This document shows, in pieces, positions 49,363-58,381 of a stretch of 64,000 bases of DNA. The DNA lies in the NCBI GenBank assembly GCA_038213375.1, contig JBBQTB010000015.1, positions 385 through 64,384 of the forward strand, written 5' to 3'. The translations under genes and the position numbers were made by a program. The notes under the pieces are model-generated. The model had not been told where the DNA came from. It saw only the letters and a program-made list of their open reading frames with translations, and did not search any database. Every line of letters begins with the position of its first letter. Position 1 is the first letter of the stretch. This DNA comes from Bacteroidales bacterium (GTDB lineage: Bacteria > Bacteroidota > Bacteroidia > Bacteroidales > JAAUTT01).

Positions 49363-52300
49363 TTGTCAGGACTTACTATTTACAAAGCTTCAGCCGGTTC
49401 GGGTAAAACGTTTGCCATTACACGCGAATACATTCATTTACTTTTTCGTGATACGGAGAATTATAAACGAATACTGGGAGTAACGTTTACCAACAAGGCA
49501 ACTGCCGAGATGAAGAGTCGCATCATTTCCGACCTTAACAAGCTTGCCCGTGGCGAGAAATCTGATTATTCCGAAGGATTGTTAAAAAGTTATCATCTTT
49601 CTCCGGAAGAATTGCAAGAACGGGCTTCGCTTATCCTGTCAAAAATCCTGCATGACTATTCGCATTTTTCAATCCTAACTATCGATAGCTTTTTTCAGCG
49701 AGTTATCCGTGCCTTTGCCAGGGAAATTGGATATTATCAGGGCTTCGATATTGAACTGGATCAGGATCGTATTTTAACGGAAGCTGTGGACAAAATGATT
49801 TTTGATCTCGACTCAAATCCTTCACTAAAAGACTGGCTGGTGAAATTTGCCGAGGAGAAAATTCTCGAAGGCAATAGCTGGGATGTTAACAGAGATATTG
49901 AACGACTTGGTAGCGAGGTTTTCAAGGAAAATTTCAAAGAGTTTGGTGATGTGTTGGTTGAGAAAATTTCAGATAAAACATTTCTTCAGCATTTCAATGA
50001 GGGGTTAAACCAGATAAAGACTGAGTTCGAAAATAAACTAAAAGAATTTGCAGGCGAAGCAGTTGCTATTATCAGGAAATATGGTCTTGAAAGTGACTAT
50101 TTTTCTAATAAGTACAATACAAATATCAGTTTGTTTTTTTTAAAGTGGTCAGATGCCGATAAATTAGCCGATTTTAAAATTACGAACACCGTCCGCAATC
50201 ATTTTGACGATGTCGATCAGTGGACAACTAAAACTTCAAAGAAGAAAGCTGAAGTACAACAGGCTTTTGATGGGGGATTAAACAAATCGCTCGGGAACAT
50301 TATTGATTTACACGATGATCGGTTTTCAATTTATCTGTCAGCAGCCACTATTCAAAAGAACCTTTATGTTCTTGGTGTTGTGGCCGATTTACTGAAACAT
50401 ATCCGCGAATACACTTCAGGAAAGAACTTGTTTTTATTGTCCGATTCTACTGAGTTTCTCCAAAAGCTGATCAGTGGAAGCGATGCTCCGTTTGTTTTTG
50501 AGCGCATTGGCACCTTCATAAGGCATTTTATGATCGATGAATTTCAAGATACTTCATCATTGCAATGGAACAATTTCAAACCGTTAATATTAAATAGTCT
50601 TGCCGAAAACAACGAAAACTGGGTTGTTGGCGATGTAAAGCAGTCGATTTATCGTTGGCGAAACAGTGACTGGCGTATACTTTCCGAACGGATTTTCGAC
50701 GACCTAAAACCTCATGAGCTGAATGTTGAAACTCTTAATTACAACTGGAGGAGCAGCCGAAATGTAATCCGTTTCAATAATTCGTTTTTCGGGAATGCGA
50801 TAGAATTGCTTTTGCAGGAAGTCTCATCAATTGAAGGTGAGTCGCAAGTGGAAGGAATGGATGATTTTCAGGGTTTATTGAATAATGCATATAGTGACTT
50901 TGGACAACTTGTTCCTGAGCACAAAAATACCGACCGTGGTTTGGTGAAGGTCGATTTTGTGAAACGAACAAACGAGAGAACAAAGGAATGGATGGACGAT
51001 GCTTTGGATAAACTGCCTGCTATCCTCGAAAATCTTCAGGACAACAACTATCACTTGAAAGACATAGCGATACTGGTGCGGGAACGTGCCGAAGGGGATA
51101 AAGTGTCAGAATTTCTTTTAAAATACCAGAAAATTAAGAGTGATAGTGATAGTGCGTATCGTTACGATATCCTTTCGAACGATTCGTTACTGTTGCGAAA
51201 TTCCGAAACGGTAAAATGGATCATATCGGTTATTACATATATTGTTTATCCTGACGACCATTTGAATAAATTGTTTTTATTGTACGATTATCTTGAGTAT
51301 ATTACGGATGAAGCAAAAAATTCTCCATTTGTTGAATTCGTTAAAAACAATGGAACTGTACTTTTGTCGGAAAAGCTTGAAAACTTTCTTTCTCAGGAAA
51401 GTCTGAAACAATTTTCGGTATATGAACTATGTGACTGTATCATATCATCATTTCAATTGTCGGAACTAAAAAGTGAGTTGCCATTTATTCAAGCATTTCA
51501 GGATATGCTTCAGGAATATACACGCAAAGAACCTGTCGATTTGAATTCTTTCCTCCAATGGTGGGAAAAAAACCAGAGCAAACGCGTAATCACTATGCCC
51601 GATGGCCAGGATGCAATTCGCCTGATGACTTTTCACAGCGCTAAAGGGCTTGAATTTAAAGTGGTGATTGTTCCTTTTGGTGATTGGAGTTTTATGAAGT
51701 CGGGCAGGAGCGGAGGCATTCTCTGGTGCGCAACGGATGTGGCTCCATTCAGCGATTTAAATTTGTTACCGGTGAACCTTACATCAGGCTTGCAGAAAAC
51801 CATTTTCAGTCGTAATTATTTTCGCGAGAAAGCATTGGCATATGTCGACAACCTCAATTTGTTGTATGTAGCTTTTACACGCGCCATTGATGCATTGTAT
51901 GTGATTGTGCCGGAATCGGATAAGGAATCGATCGAGAACAGTGTGGGCAAATTGGTTTCTCAATCTTTGAAAAATCAATTGTTCGATCCGCTTAAGGTTG
52001 ATTATCCTGCCATTCAAATGACTGATTACTGGAATGAAGAAGACATGAACTTCACGTATGGGATATTGCCTCTTGCGAAGGAATCATTGCTTCACACATC
52101 CACAATTTCTCTCGACGATGTGAAATATTACGTTCGTTCCGTTTCCGATGTAGTAAAACAAGTAATTCCGGCATCCGAATATTTGACATCCGACGGAAAC
52201 GTGCTTGCATCGAGGATAAATTCAGGGAAGATCATGCACGAGGTTTTTCAACGGATAAAAACTGCAAGCGATATAGATGATTCCCTTTTATCAATGCTTC

Positions 52301-52665
52301 TGGAGGGGAAAATAAGAGAGACGGAGCGAAAAGATCTCTCCCGGCAAATAAAAGCGTTGTTAAATAATCCGAAGGTGGAAAGCTGGTTTTCTGATGAATG
52401 GGAAGTACGTACCGAAGCTGCCATTCTTTTGGAAGATGGGTCGATGCCTCGTCCCGACAGGGTTTTACTAAAAGATAAAAAAGCCATTGTGATTGATTAC
52501 AAATTTGGCGAGTCGGAGCATTCCTCTCACCAATGGCAGGTGCAAAACTATATGAAATATCTGAAGTTGATGAACATTACTCAGGTAGAAGGCTTTTTGT
52601 GGTATGTGAATCTGAATAAAGTGCTACAGGTAAATATGACTCATGAGCAAGGCAAGCTTTTTTAA
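49363..52665 (+). CDS. UvrD/Rep-family helicase fused to a PD-(D/E)XK nuclease (AddA/RecB-like)
   Basis: 1100 aa. Walker A ASAGSGKT, DEFQDTS, the VGDVKQSIYRWRNSD motif, and a C-terminal nuclease motif RPDRV...IVIDYKFG. Non-ATG (TTG) start as given by the track. Confidence 0.85.
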   Translation: MSGLTIYKASAGSGKTFAITREYIHLLFRDTENYKRILGVTFTNKATAEMKSRIISDLNKLARGEKSDYSEGLLKSYHLSPEELQERASLILSKILHDYSHFSILTIDSFFQRVIRAFAREIGYYQGFDIELDQDRILTEAVDKMIFDLDSNPSLKDWLVKFAEEKILEGNSWDVNRDIERLGSEVFKENFKEFGDVLVEKISDKTFLQHFNEGLNQIKTEFENKLKEFAGEAVAIIRKYGLESDYFSNKYNTNISLFFLKWSDADKLADFKITNTVRNHFDDVDQWTTKTSKKKAEVQQAFDGGLNKSLGNIIDLHDDRFSIYLSAATIQKNLYVLGVVADLLKHIREYTSGKNLFLLSDSTEFLQKLISGSDAPFVFERIGTFIRHFMIDEFQDTSSLQWNNFKPLILNSLAENNENWVVGDVKQSIYRWRNSDWRILSERIFDDLKPHELNVETLNYNWRSSRNVIRFNNSFFGNAIELLLQEVSSIEGESQVEGMDDFQGLLNNAYSDFGQLVPEHKNTDRGLVKVDFVKRTNERTKEWMDDALDKLPAILENLQDNNYHLKDIAILVRERAEGDKVSEFLLKYQKIKSDSDSAYRYDILSNDSLLLRNSETVKWIISVITYIVYPDDHLNKLFLLYDYLEYITDEAKNSPFVEFVKNNGTVLLSEKLENFLSQESLKQFSVYELCDCIISSFQLSELKSELPFIQAFQDMLQEYTRKEPVDLNSFLQWWEKNQSKRVITMPDGQDAIRLMTFHSAKGLEFKVVIVPFGDWSFMKSGRSGGILWCATDVAPFSDLNLLPVNLTSGLQKTIFSRNYFREKALAYVDNLNLLYVAFTRAIDALYVIVPESDKESIENSVGKLVSQSLKNQLFDPLKVDYPAIQMTDYWNEEDMNFTYGILPLAKESLLHTSTISLDDVKYYVRSVSDVVKQVIPASEYLTSDGNVLASRINSGKIMHEVFQRIKTASDIDDSLLSMLLEGKIRETERKDLSRQIKALLNNPKVESWFSDEWEVRTEAAILLEDGSMPRPDRVLLKDKKAIVIDYKFGESEHSSHQWQVQNYMKYLKLMNITQVEGFLWYVNLNKVLQVNMTHEQGKLF

Positions 52666-52758
52666 TTTGAAGATGAGGGGATTAAAAAGTGTAAATGACT
52701 CAGATCGTGCTATGAAGAAGTGAAAGTATTGTAGGAAATCTAAAATCTAAAATCTAAA

Positions 52759-53697
52759 ATGCCATACCCCTGGGGTCATCAACGACGATTCAACAATTAC
52801 GCTGAATATTTTCGTACAATATTTGGTGAGCGTGTTCAGAAGGTAACGATAGATGCCGGATTCACCTGCCCGAACCGCGATGGTTCGAAAGGTTTGGGAG
52901 GTTGCACCTATTGCAACAACGATGCTTTTAATCCCTCGTATTGCATGCCCGAGAAATCGGTAACTCAACAAATAACGGAAGGAATTGAATTCCATGCTAA
53001 CCGGTATCGGAGAGCCAATAAATTTTTAGCCTATTTTCAGGCTTTTTCTAATACCTATGCACCTATTGATCAATTACGGAAACATTACACCGAAGCATTG
53101 TCGGTGCCCGGCATTATCGGTCTGGTTATTGGAACACGACCCGATTGCGTCGATTCCGAAAAGCTCGATTTCTTTCAGGAGCTAGCCGAGAAATATTACA
53201 TTACCATTGAATATGGCATTGAGTCATGTTATAATGCTTCAATGAAACGCATTAACCGCGGACATACCTTCGAAGAAAGCATTTTTGCTATTGAAGAAAC
53301 TGCCAAGCGTGGAATTAAAACCGGGACTCACATTATTTTTGGGTTACCAGGCGAAACCCGTTTTCAAATGCTCGATGAAGTGAATCTGATTAACCAGTTG
53401 CCTTTACATAGTATTAAGTTTCATCAGTTGCAGATTATCAAAGATACACATATGGCGATGGAGTATGCCCGAACGCCTGAAGATTTTCAGTTATTTGGAA
53501 TGGAGGAGTACATTGAATTTTTCATCACTTTTCTCGAAAGATTAAATCCCGCTTTTGTGGTCGAGCGATTCACTTCCGAAGTTCCACCTCGCTATCTGGC
53601 TGGTCCAGATTGGGGATTAGTACGAACTTTTACACTTTTACAGATGCTCGAAAAGAGACTGGAAGAATTGGATACTTGGCAGGGGAAGCTGTATTGA
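52759..53697 (+). CDS. TIGR01212-family radical SAM protein
   Basis: 312 aa with CPNRDGSKGLGGCTYC (CxxxxxxxxxCxxC variant typical of this family). Confidence 0.85.
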   Translation: MPYPWGHQRRFNNYAEYFRTIFGERVQKVTIDAGFTCPNRDGSKGLGGCTYCNNDAFNPSYCMPEKSVTQQITEGIEFHANRYRRANKFLAYFQAFSNTYAPIDQLRKHYTEALSVPGIIGLVIGTRPDCVDSEKLDFFQELAEKYYITIEYGIESCYNASMKRINRGHTFEESIFAIEETAKRGIKTGTHIIFGLPGETRFQMLDEVNLINQLPLHSIKFHQLQIIKDTHMAMEYARTPEDFQLFGMEEYIEFFITFLERLNPAFVVERFTSEVPPRYLAGPDWGLVRTFTLLQMLEKRLEELDTWQGKLY

Positions 53698-53830
53698 GAG
53701 GAATACCCAAAGTGTAAATTATTCTTCGGATTCAAAACTCTACTGATTTATTGATAAATCCTTTACCACGATTTTGTTATTTTTGGACTTTTATTTCATA
53801 AAACTATTATTAATAAATGTGCATTGAGCG

Positions 53831-54223
53831 ATGAACGAACATATAAGTGAATTTTGTGTGCGAGACTACGAGTTGGATTTGCAGGGGATTGTGAACAACG
53901 CTAATTACCAGCATTATCTGGAACATGCCCGGCATGAATATTTATGCACGATGAATATCGATTTTGCTAAACTACATGATGAAGGCAAAGACCTGATGGT
54001 GACACGAGTTGAGATTGACTATAAATATCCGTTGAAAAGCCGCGATAAGTTTAAAGTGATAAGCTTAATGCATAAAGAAGGAAACTTGCGGATTGTTTTT
54101 GATCAGCATATCCTGCGAATACCTGATGGGAAAGTTATTATTAAGGCCAGGGTGATAGGCGTTTGTTTGTTAAATGGTCGACCAACTAAACCCGAATCTG
54201 TAATCGATTTGATTCATTTATAG
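53831..54223 (+). CDS. Acyl-CoA thioesterase (4HBT/YbgC hotdog fold)
   Basis: 130 aa with VRDYELDLQGIVNNANYQHYLEHAR, the typical YbgC-like N-terminus with catalytic Asp. Confidence 0.85.
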   Translation: MNEHISEFCVRDYELDLQGIVNNANYQHYLEHARHEYLCTMNIDFAKLHDEGKDLMVTRVEIDYKYPLKSRDKFKVISLMHKEGNLRIVFDQHILRIPDGKVIIKARVIGVCLLNGRPTKPESVIDLIHL

Positions 54224-54247
54224 TACAATTCGTATACAGGTCATATC

Positions 54248-54483
54248 ATGAGAGAAAATATAAAAAAACAATTTGGGTTATTGCCCGGGAATATAACCAA
54301 CAACGTAAGGAGCTAATTACATGCTTCGACGATTTCTATGGATTTCAGTTACTTGCTACGAAGGATTCCCCAAAACATCAAACAATACTTGATGTGGGCG
54401 CAGGTACTGGATTTTTAACATCATTGATTTACCAGATATTTCCTGAATCGCAGTATACTTTGATTGACTTATCACCTGAAATG
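54248..54483 (+). pseudogene. Class I SAM-dependent methyltransferase, N-terminal fragment (frameshifted, truncated)
   Basis: MRENIKKQFG.. shifts frame to ..IAREYNQQRKELITCFDDFYGFQLLATKDSPKHQTILDVGAGTGFLTSLIYQIFPESQYTLIDLSPEM. Similarity to methyltransferases ends at about 54483. Confidence 0.6.
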
Positions 54484-54602
54484 ACTTTTCAGGACAACAA
54501 CGGTTTGATGGAGTGGCGAATATTGCACAACATCCCTGCTGCATGGCACCTCGTTCTATTTTACCGCGCCGCCTGTTTCTTGTTAAATACGGATTGACTT
54601 TG

Positions 54603-54755
54603 CTTGCTGCGCAAATGTCGTTACAAATGACAATTAGAAAGGCACGGATTACAAATCCGAGCCAGCATGGGGGCTTACATGCGGGGGGGTACTCTCCATC
54701 GGTGAGAGGTGAAAGGAACAAAGTAGACGTTAGATGGCTAAAAGGTGAAAGGAAC
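54603..54755. repeat. Structured repeat copy A (3' of fic) plus 13-nt direct repeat
   Basis: CTTGCTGCGCAAATGTCGT-TACAA-ATGAC..GAAAGGCA-CGGATT-ACA-AATCCG..GGGGCTTACATGCGGG. AGGTGAAAGGAAC occurs at 54707-19 and 54743-55. Confidence 0.6.
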
Positions 54756-54779
54756 TCCCATTTGGGAACCTGTAAAATG

Positions 54780-55877
54780 CTATTCTTTTGCGTGATACCT
54801 AACTCCCCGTCCTTCGCCTGTTTTTAGCAATATACCTTCTCTGACCAGATAAGCAAGGTCTTTTTTTAATGTATTCCGAGAGTAATCTTTTAATTGACTT
54901 TCAAGTTCTCCAACTTGTATTGTTTTCTGTTCTTTAATGTATGCTAAAACAACTTGCTGACGCTCATTTAATACCGTTTTTAGCTTGCTGTAAGTTTCAT
55001 ATTTTGCATCAAGCTTTTGGGTTAATATAATCAGACATTCTAAAAAAAACAGTATCCAACTATCAATACGCTCAATTTCTTTGCCCCGATTCTTCTGACC
55101 TTCCATCAACGCCCTGTAATATTCTTCTTTCTTGGTTTCTATTACATTTTCAAAGGATACATACTGGATGAATTTGTAATCCTGCTTCATCAGCAATAGA
55201 GAAGTCAAAAGCCTTGACAAACGTCCGTTTCCGTCTTGGTACGGATGGATTGACAAAAACTCGTAAATAAACGCCGCTGTTATCATTAACGGGTGTAAAT
55301 CATTCTTTGCAAGCCTTTCGTTTGTCCATTCGATTAAACCCAGCATCTCATTGGGCGTTAAATGTGGTTCCGTTGTCCTAAATATTGTTCGCTGTGTGCC
55401 ATTTGGATAATTGGCCACTACTTGGTTAGAAAGGTTTTTGTATTTTCCTTTGTGAGCCTGGTCTTTGTTGCTATATTTTAAAAGAATGCCGTGCATTTGA
55501 TGGATGTAACGTTCCTCTAAAGCAATATCGACGTAACTGTCTAAAATGATTTCTAATGCTTCATAATAGCCCACCACTTCTTGTTCGTCCCGGCTTTGCA
55601 GCTTGGTTATTTTAACAGATTTCAAAAGCTTTTCTACTTCTTCATCGGTAAGTGTTGCCCCTTCAATACGGGTCGAAGAACCGATACTTTCTATCGTGGC
55701 TATTTTCCTGAGATCTTTCAAGTATTTGCTTTGTTGTCTTTCAATTGCTTTCCAGTTGCCTTTAAAGGTGTCTACCACGCTAAGTTGTTGGCTTATTTGT
55801 TGATAAACTGTACTGTTAAAGTCCAGTTTTATCTTCATATTATTAGGTATATCCATTTTGTATCCAATTTTATCCAA
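54780..55877 (-). CDS. Fic-family protein (AMPylase-type) with C-terminal wHTH
   Basis: 365 aa with the Fic motif HPYQDGNGRLSRLL. The C-terminal DNA-binding-like domain ends GEGRGVRYHAKE. Confidence 0.9.
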   Translation of the reverse strand: MDKIGYKMDIPNNMKIKLDFNSTVYQQISQQLSVVDTFKGNWKAIERQQSKYLKDLRKIATIESIGSSTRIEGATLTDEEVEKLLKSVKITKLQSRDEQEVVGYYEALEIILDSYVDIALEERYIHQMHGILLKYSNKDQAHKGKYKNLSNQVVANYPNGTQRTIFRTTEPHLTPNEMLGLIEWTNERLAKNDLHPLMITAAFIYEFLSIHPYQDGNGRLSRLLTSLLLMKQDYKFIQYVSFENVIETKKEEYYRALMEGQKNRGKEIERIDSWILFFLECLIILTQKLDAKYETYSKLKTVLNERQQVVLAYIKEQKTIQVGELESQLKDYSRNTLKKDLAYLVREGILLKTGEGRGVRYHAKE

Positions 55878-55914
55878 ATGTAATAATTATCTTTTTATCA
55901 CTTGATTAATGGGT

Positions 55915-56186
55915 ATATTTTTGTATTCCCGCCTTCAGCTCCTCTATTCCAGTCTGCCGTTATTTCTCAGTGCTTCCGGTGTATTTATGCCCGGGAAAAA
56001 GCTGCACCAGACCTAATTCATGGCCAGATTTTAAAAGGTTGGCGATGACCGATTGACGGATGGTTGTGGTATTCAAATTCATGTCGGGGAACAAGTGTAG
56101 AGCGCTTTCCAGTAAATAACTAATTCCTTCGCCTTTTTACGGTGGCCCGGATTTGGTAATTATTAAACTGTCGGTTTCGACAATTG
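55915..56186 (-). pseudogene. 3' fragment of a tyrosine recombinase gene (paralog of 59709-60572)
   Basis: The DNA aligns along its length with 59725-60000 (e.g. CCTTCAGCTCCTCTAT, CTTCCGGTGTATTTATGCCCGG, GATTTTAAAAGGTT.GCGATGACCGATTGACGGAT, ATTAAACTGTCGGTTTCGAC). The rest of the gene is missing. Confidence 0.8.
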
Positions 56187-56284
56187 GAAGACGAAGACAA
56201 ACAAACCATTTTCCGGCTTATCGATAAAATGCTCACCAATAAGAAGTTTAAAGACTTCTTCCAGAAAAATATTGCTGCTTTATA
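56183..56284 (+). pseudogene. C-terminal fragment of an XRE-type HTH regulator
   Basis: LEDEDKQTIFRLIDKMLTNKKFKDFFQKNIAAL* with no N-terminal HTH part. Followed by a small hairpin with a T-run (56299-56322). Confidence 0.4.
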
Positions 56285-56508
56285 AAAACAAGAAAACCGG
56301 GGTAGCGCGGTTTTTAGGTTTTTATCCTGTTGCCGGTTTGCAAAATCAGCTATGTTTCAAGCGGTATTGCAAATGCGGCTTATCTCTCCGAACTTTTAGC
56401 CGAGCTTAGGGCTTTGTCGATGTCGCGTATTTTGTATTTATCGGACATACACAAATAGAATTGGTATCGAAAAATACAAAAATTACCTAAAAATTTAACA
56501 AGCGACTC

Positions 56509-56961
56509 CTATAAAAAAATTCTTGCTGCGCAAATGTCGTTACAAACGACTGTAAAGAAAGGAACGCGATGCAATCGCGCTCCACCAGCTCGGCCGAACA
56601 TGCGCGCTAGCTGGGGAAGGAATTGACCTGTTGCTTTTACAGAACTCGCTTCTGCTGCATTAACTGCTCTAAATACAGTAGTCCCCGTATTAGCGGCAAC
56701 ACTATTGCTTACTCCAAAAAATATATTACCTGATGATACAATAACATTTTGCCTAACAACAAAAATACCAGTAGTAATCTTAGGTATATCTTCCTGTTCA
56801 ACTATATTATTATGAAAACCCTTATAGCTATGATGTGATTGGCCATAGAATATTGAATTTGCTGATACAGGTACGACTATTGAAGACATACAAAGAAGTA
56901 TTGAAATAATGATAATCACTATTTCAATACTTTTCCTAATATGTTCTATTATGTGTTTCAT
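56509..56961 (-). pseudogene. Chimeric ORF: TM/secreted N-part fused to a truncated orphan toxin-domain start, running into repeat copy B
   Basis: ...NTGTTVFRAVNAAEASSVKATGQF parallels ...[23 protein letters not shown] of the upstream toxin. The last about 35 codons are read from the repeat sequence. Confidence 0.4.
56522..56616. repeat. Structured repeat copy B (3' of toxin/immunity module)
   Basis: CTTGCTGCGCAAATGTCGT-TACAA-ACGAC..GAAAGGAA-CGCGAT-GCA-ATCGCG..CCAGCT-CGGCCGAACATGCGCGCT-AGCTGG. Confidence 0.6.
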
Positions 56962-56974
56962 CTAATTACCTTTA

Positions 56975-57286
56975 TTAAAAAGCAGTAATTATTTTAATGT
57001 CCCCTATTGGTTCAGGTCCTCTTAAAACTTCATATGTTTGATTTAGCTGAATAAGTTTTTTCACTTCCTCAATAAGCATAAACGATAATTTAGCGTTAAA
57101 AGGCTTGTCATAACTTGCTTCTCTAGTTTCATCAATTTTATAAATGAAACTAAATTGTCTTTCTCCAATTTTCATAAAGAGCCAATTAACTTTATCATCC
57201 TTTGGATGCTTATAAGAATTCAAAATATTACTTCTTTTTATTATCAATTCACCAGTAAAATGAAATTCTCTGTCAGTGGATATCAT
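56975..57286 (-). CDS. Putative immunity protein for the upstream toxin tip
   Basis: 103-aa cytoplasmic ORF, 9 nt downstream of the toxin ORF. The call is by position only. Confidence 0.5.
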   Translation of the reverse strand: MISTDREFHFTGELIIKRSNILNSYKHPKDDKVNWLFMKIGERQFSFIYKIDETREASYDKPFNAKLSFMLIEEVKKLIQLNQTYEVLRGPEPIGDIKIITAF

Positions 57287-57294
57287 AGTTTAAT

Positions 57295-57999
57295 TTATTT
57301 AGGGATAATATATGGAAGGACTTCTTGAGGAAAAGCATAAGCTCCAATATCGACATTCGGGTACCAAAACTTGTTAATATTAAGTGGTCCTTTTACGGTA
57401 GCTTCTATGACTTTATATCCATCTTTATACAGCCACTGTCCATATTGATGAGCATCTTCAACAGATTTAGCAAAATATTTAAGCCCAATATCTTGACCTT
57501 CTAAAGAAAATCTACCAGTACTATTAATAACAGCCTCCTCGGTTGCATTTACAGCTCTATAAATTGTTTGCCCCCCTGCGTTAGCGGCATTAGCAGCTTC
57601 GCCAACTTTTGCTAATTTATCCAATCCTTTCGTGCCAGCAACCGCTAAGCCAACTTGGGTAATAACTTCCCCTGTGAGTTCTCCTGCTTTTCCTCCAGTC
57701 TTATCATCTTTGGCTTCTTGAATAGTGTTTTTTACACTTTGTTTTATATTGTTATAAGCCTGTTTAGGATTTGTAGCAGCTACAGCAAGTCCAATTTTGA
57801 ATTGACTGGCAGGCGATGGGTCTAACATTTGAGCCACGCCTACCGCAGTATTCACAACTCCGTTGACTACTCCCTTTCCAACACCCTTTAGAAAATCAAT
57901 CCAGTCATTTCCATCTGGGTCGATAAAACGCATTGGATTATCAATTGCATAAACGTACGGACTCCATCTTCTGGACTTCTCTGCTAATCGGTCGACACT
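57295..57999 (-). CDS. Orphan RHS/YD-type polymorphic toxin C-terminal tip (no RHS core upstream)
   Basis: The open frame from 57999 reads [33 protein letters not shown], the conserved end of the RHS core (..SPY.Y..NNP..fiDPDG). A variable about 200-aa toxin domain follows. The track ORF starts at Met 57933. Confidence 0.7.
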   Translation of the reverse strand, partial: SVDRLAEKSRRWSPYVYAIDNPMRFIDPDGNDWIDFLKGVGKGVVNGVVNTAVGVAQMLDPSPASQFKIGLAVAATNPKQAYNNIKQSVKNTIQEAKDDKTGGKAGELTGEVITQVGLAVAGTKGLDKLAKVGEAANAANAGGQTIYRAVNATEEAVINSTGRFSLEGQDIGLKYFAKSVEDAHQYGQWLYKDGYKVIEATVKGPLNINKFWYPNVDIGAYAFPQEVLPYIIPK

Positions 58000-58172
58000 C
58001 TAAAACCACTGCACACTATTTTTCCATCAGTTCAGGGCTCTACACGGTATTCAAAGAACATTAATTGTTTCATATACAGTTTAAAGATATAGTTTTTTTT
58101 CTTTCATTTGAACTTTTCATTTGAAAGAAAAAAAGGCTAGCGCGTTTTGGGGATGGGACGATAAAATAAAAA

Positions 58173-58254
58173 CGGCGCATAATAGCCATTAAACGCCATA
58201 CCTACGGGATTTTTGGGGATCCCTTCACCACGGCGTTTACTTTTCATTATGCGC
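58173..58254. other. Three-tier perfect hairpin (82 nt)
   Basis: GGCGCATAAT (58173-82) pairs with ATTATGCGCC (58245-54), TAAACGCC (58189-96) with GGCGTTTA (58231-38), and GGGAT (58205-09) with ATCCC (58218-22). Confidence 0.6.
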
Positions 58255-58381
58255 CATTAAAAATTGCTCCGAAGTTTTATAAATAATTAATTTATAGATT
58301 ATTGTTTCAAATAAAGGATTCTGATGAAAAGGCTCTATTGAAAAGAAAAAAAATAGCACGAGAGCGATATATTATCCTTTG

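Noticed and set aside
54640-54662. tRNA fragment (anticodon-arm-like CGGATT-ACA-AATCCG) as an integration target
   Set aside because: The loop is 3 nt rather than 7. There is no T-arm (GTTCRANYC) or acceptor sequence nearby. The equivalent hairpin in copy B has a different sequence.
54356-54827. ORFs 54356-54721 (minus strand) and 54513-54827 (+ strand) at the element boundary
   Set aside because: They read through the methyltransferase fragment in antisense and through repeat copy A. The shared VVCNDICAA peptide with ORF 56509-56961 only reflects the DNA repeat.
54603-56548. Possible CRISPR-like repeat (CTTGCTGCGCAAATGTCGTTACAAA seen twice)
   Set aside because: There are only two full copies, 1.9 kb apart and separated by genes. 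There is no regular spacing and there are no cas genes.
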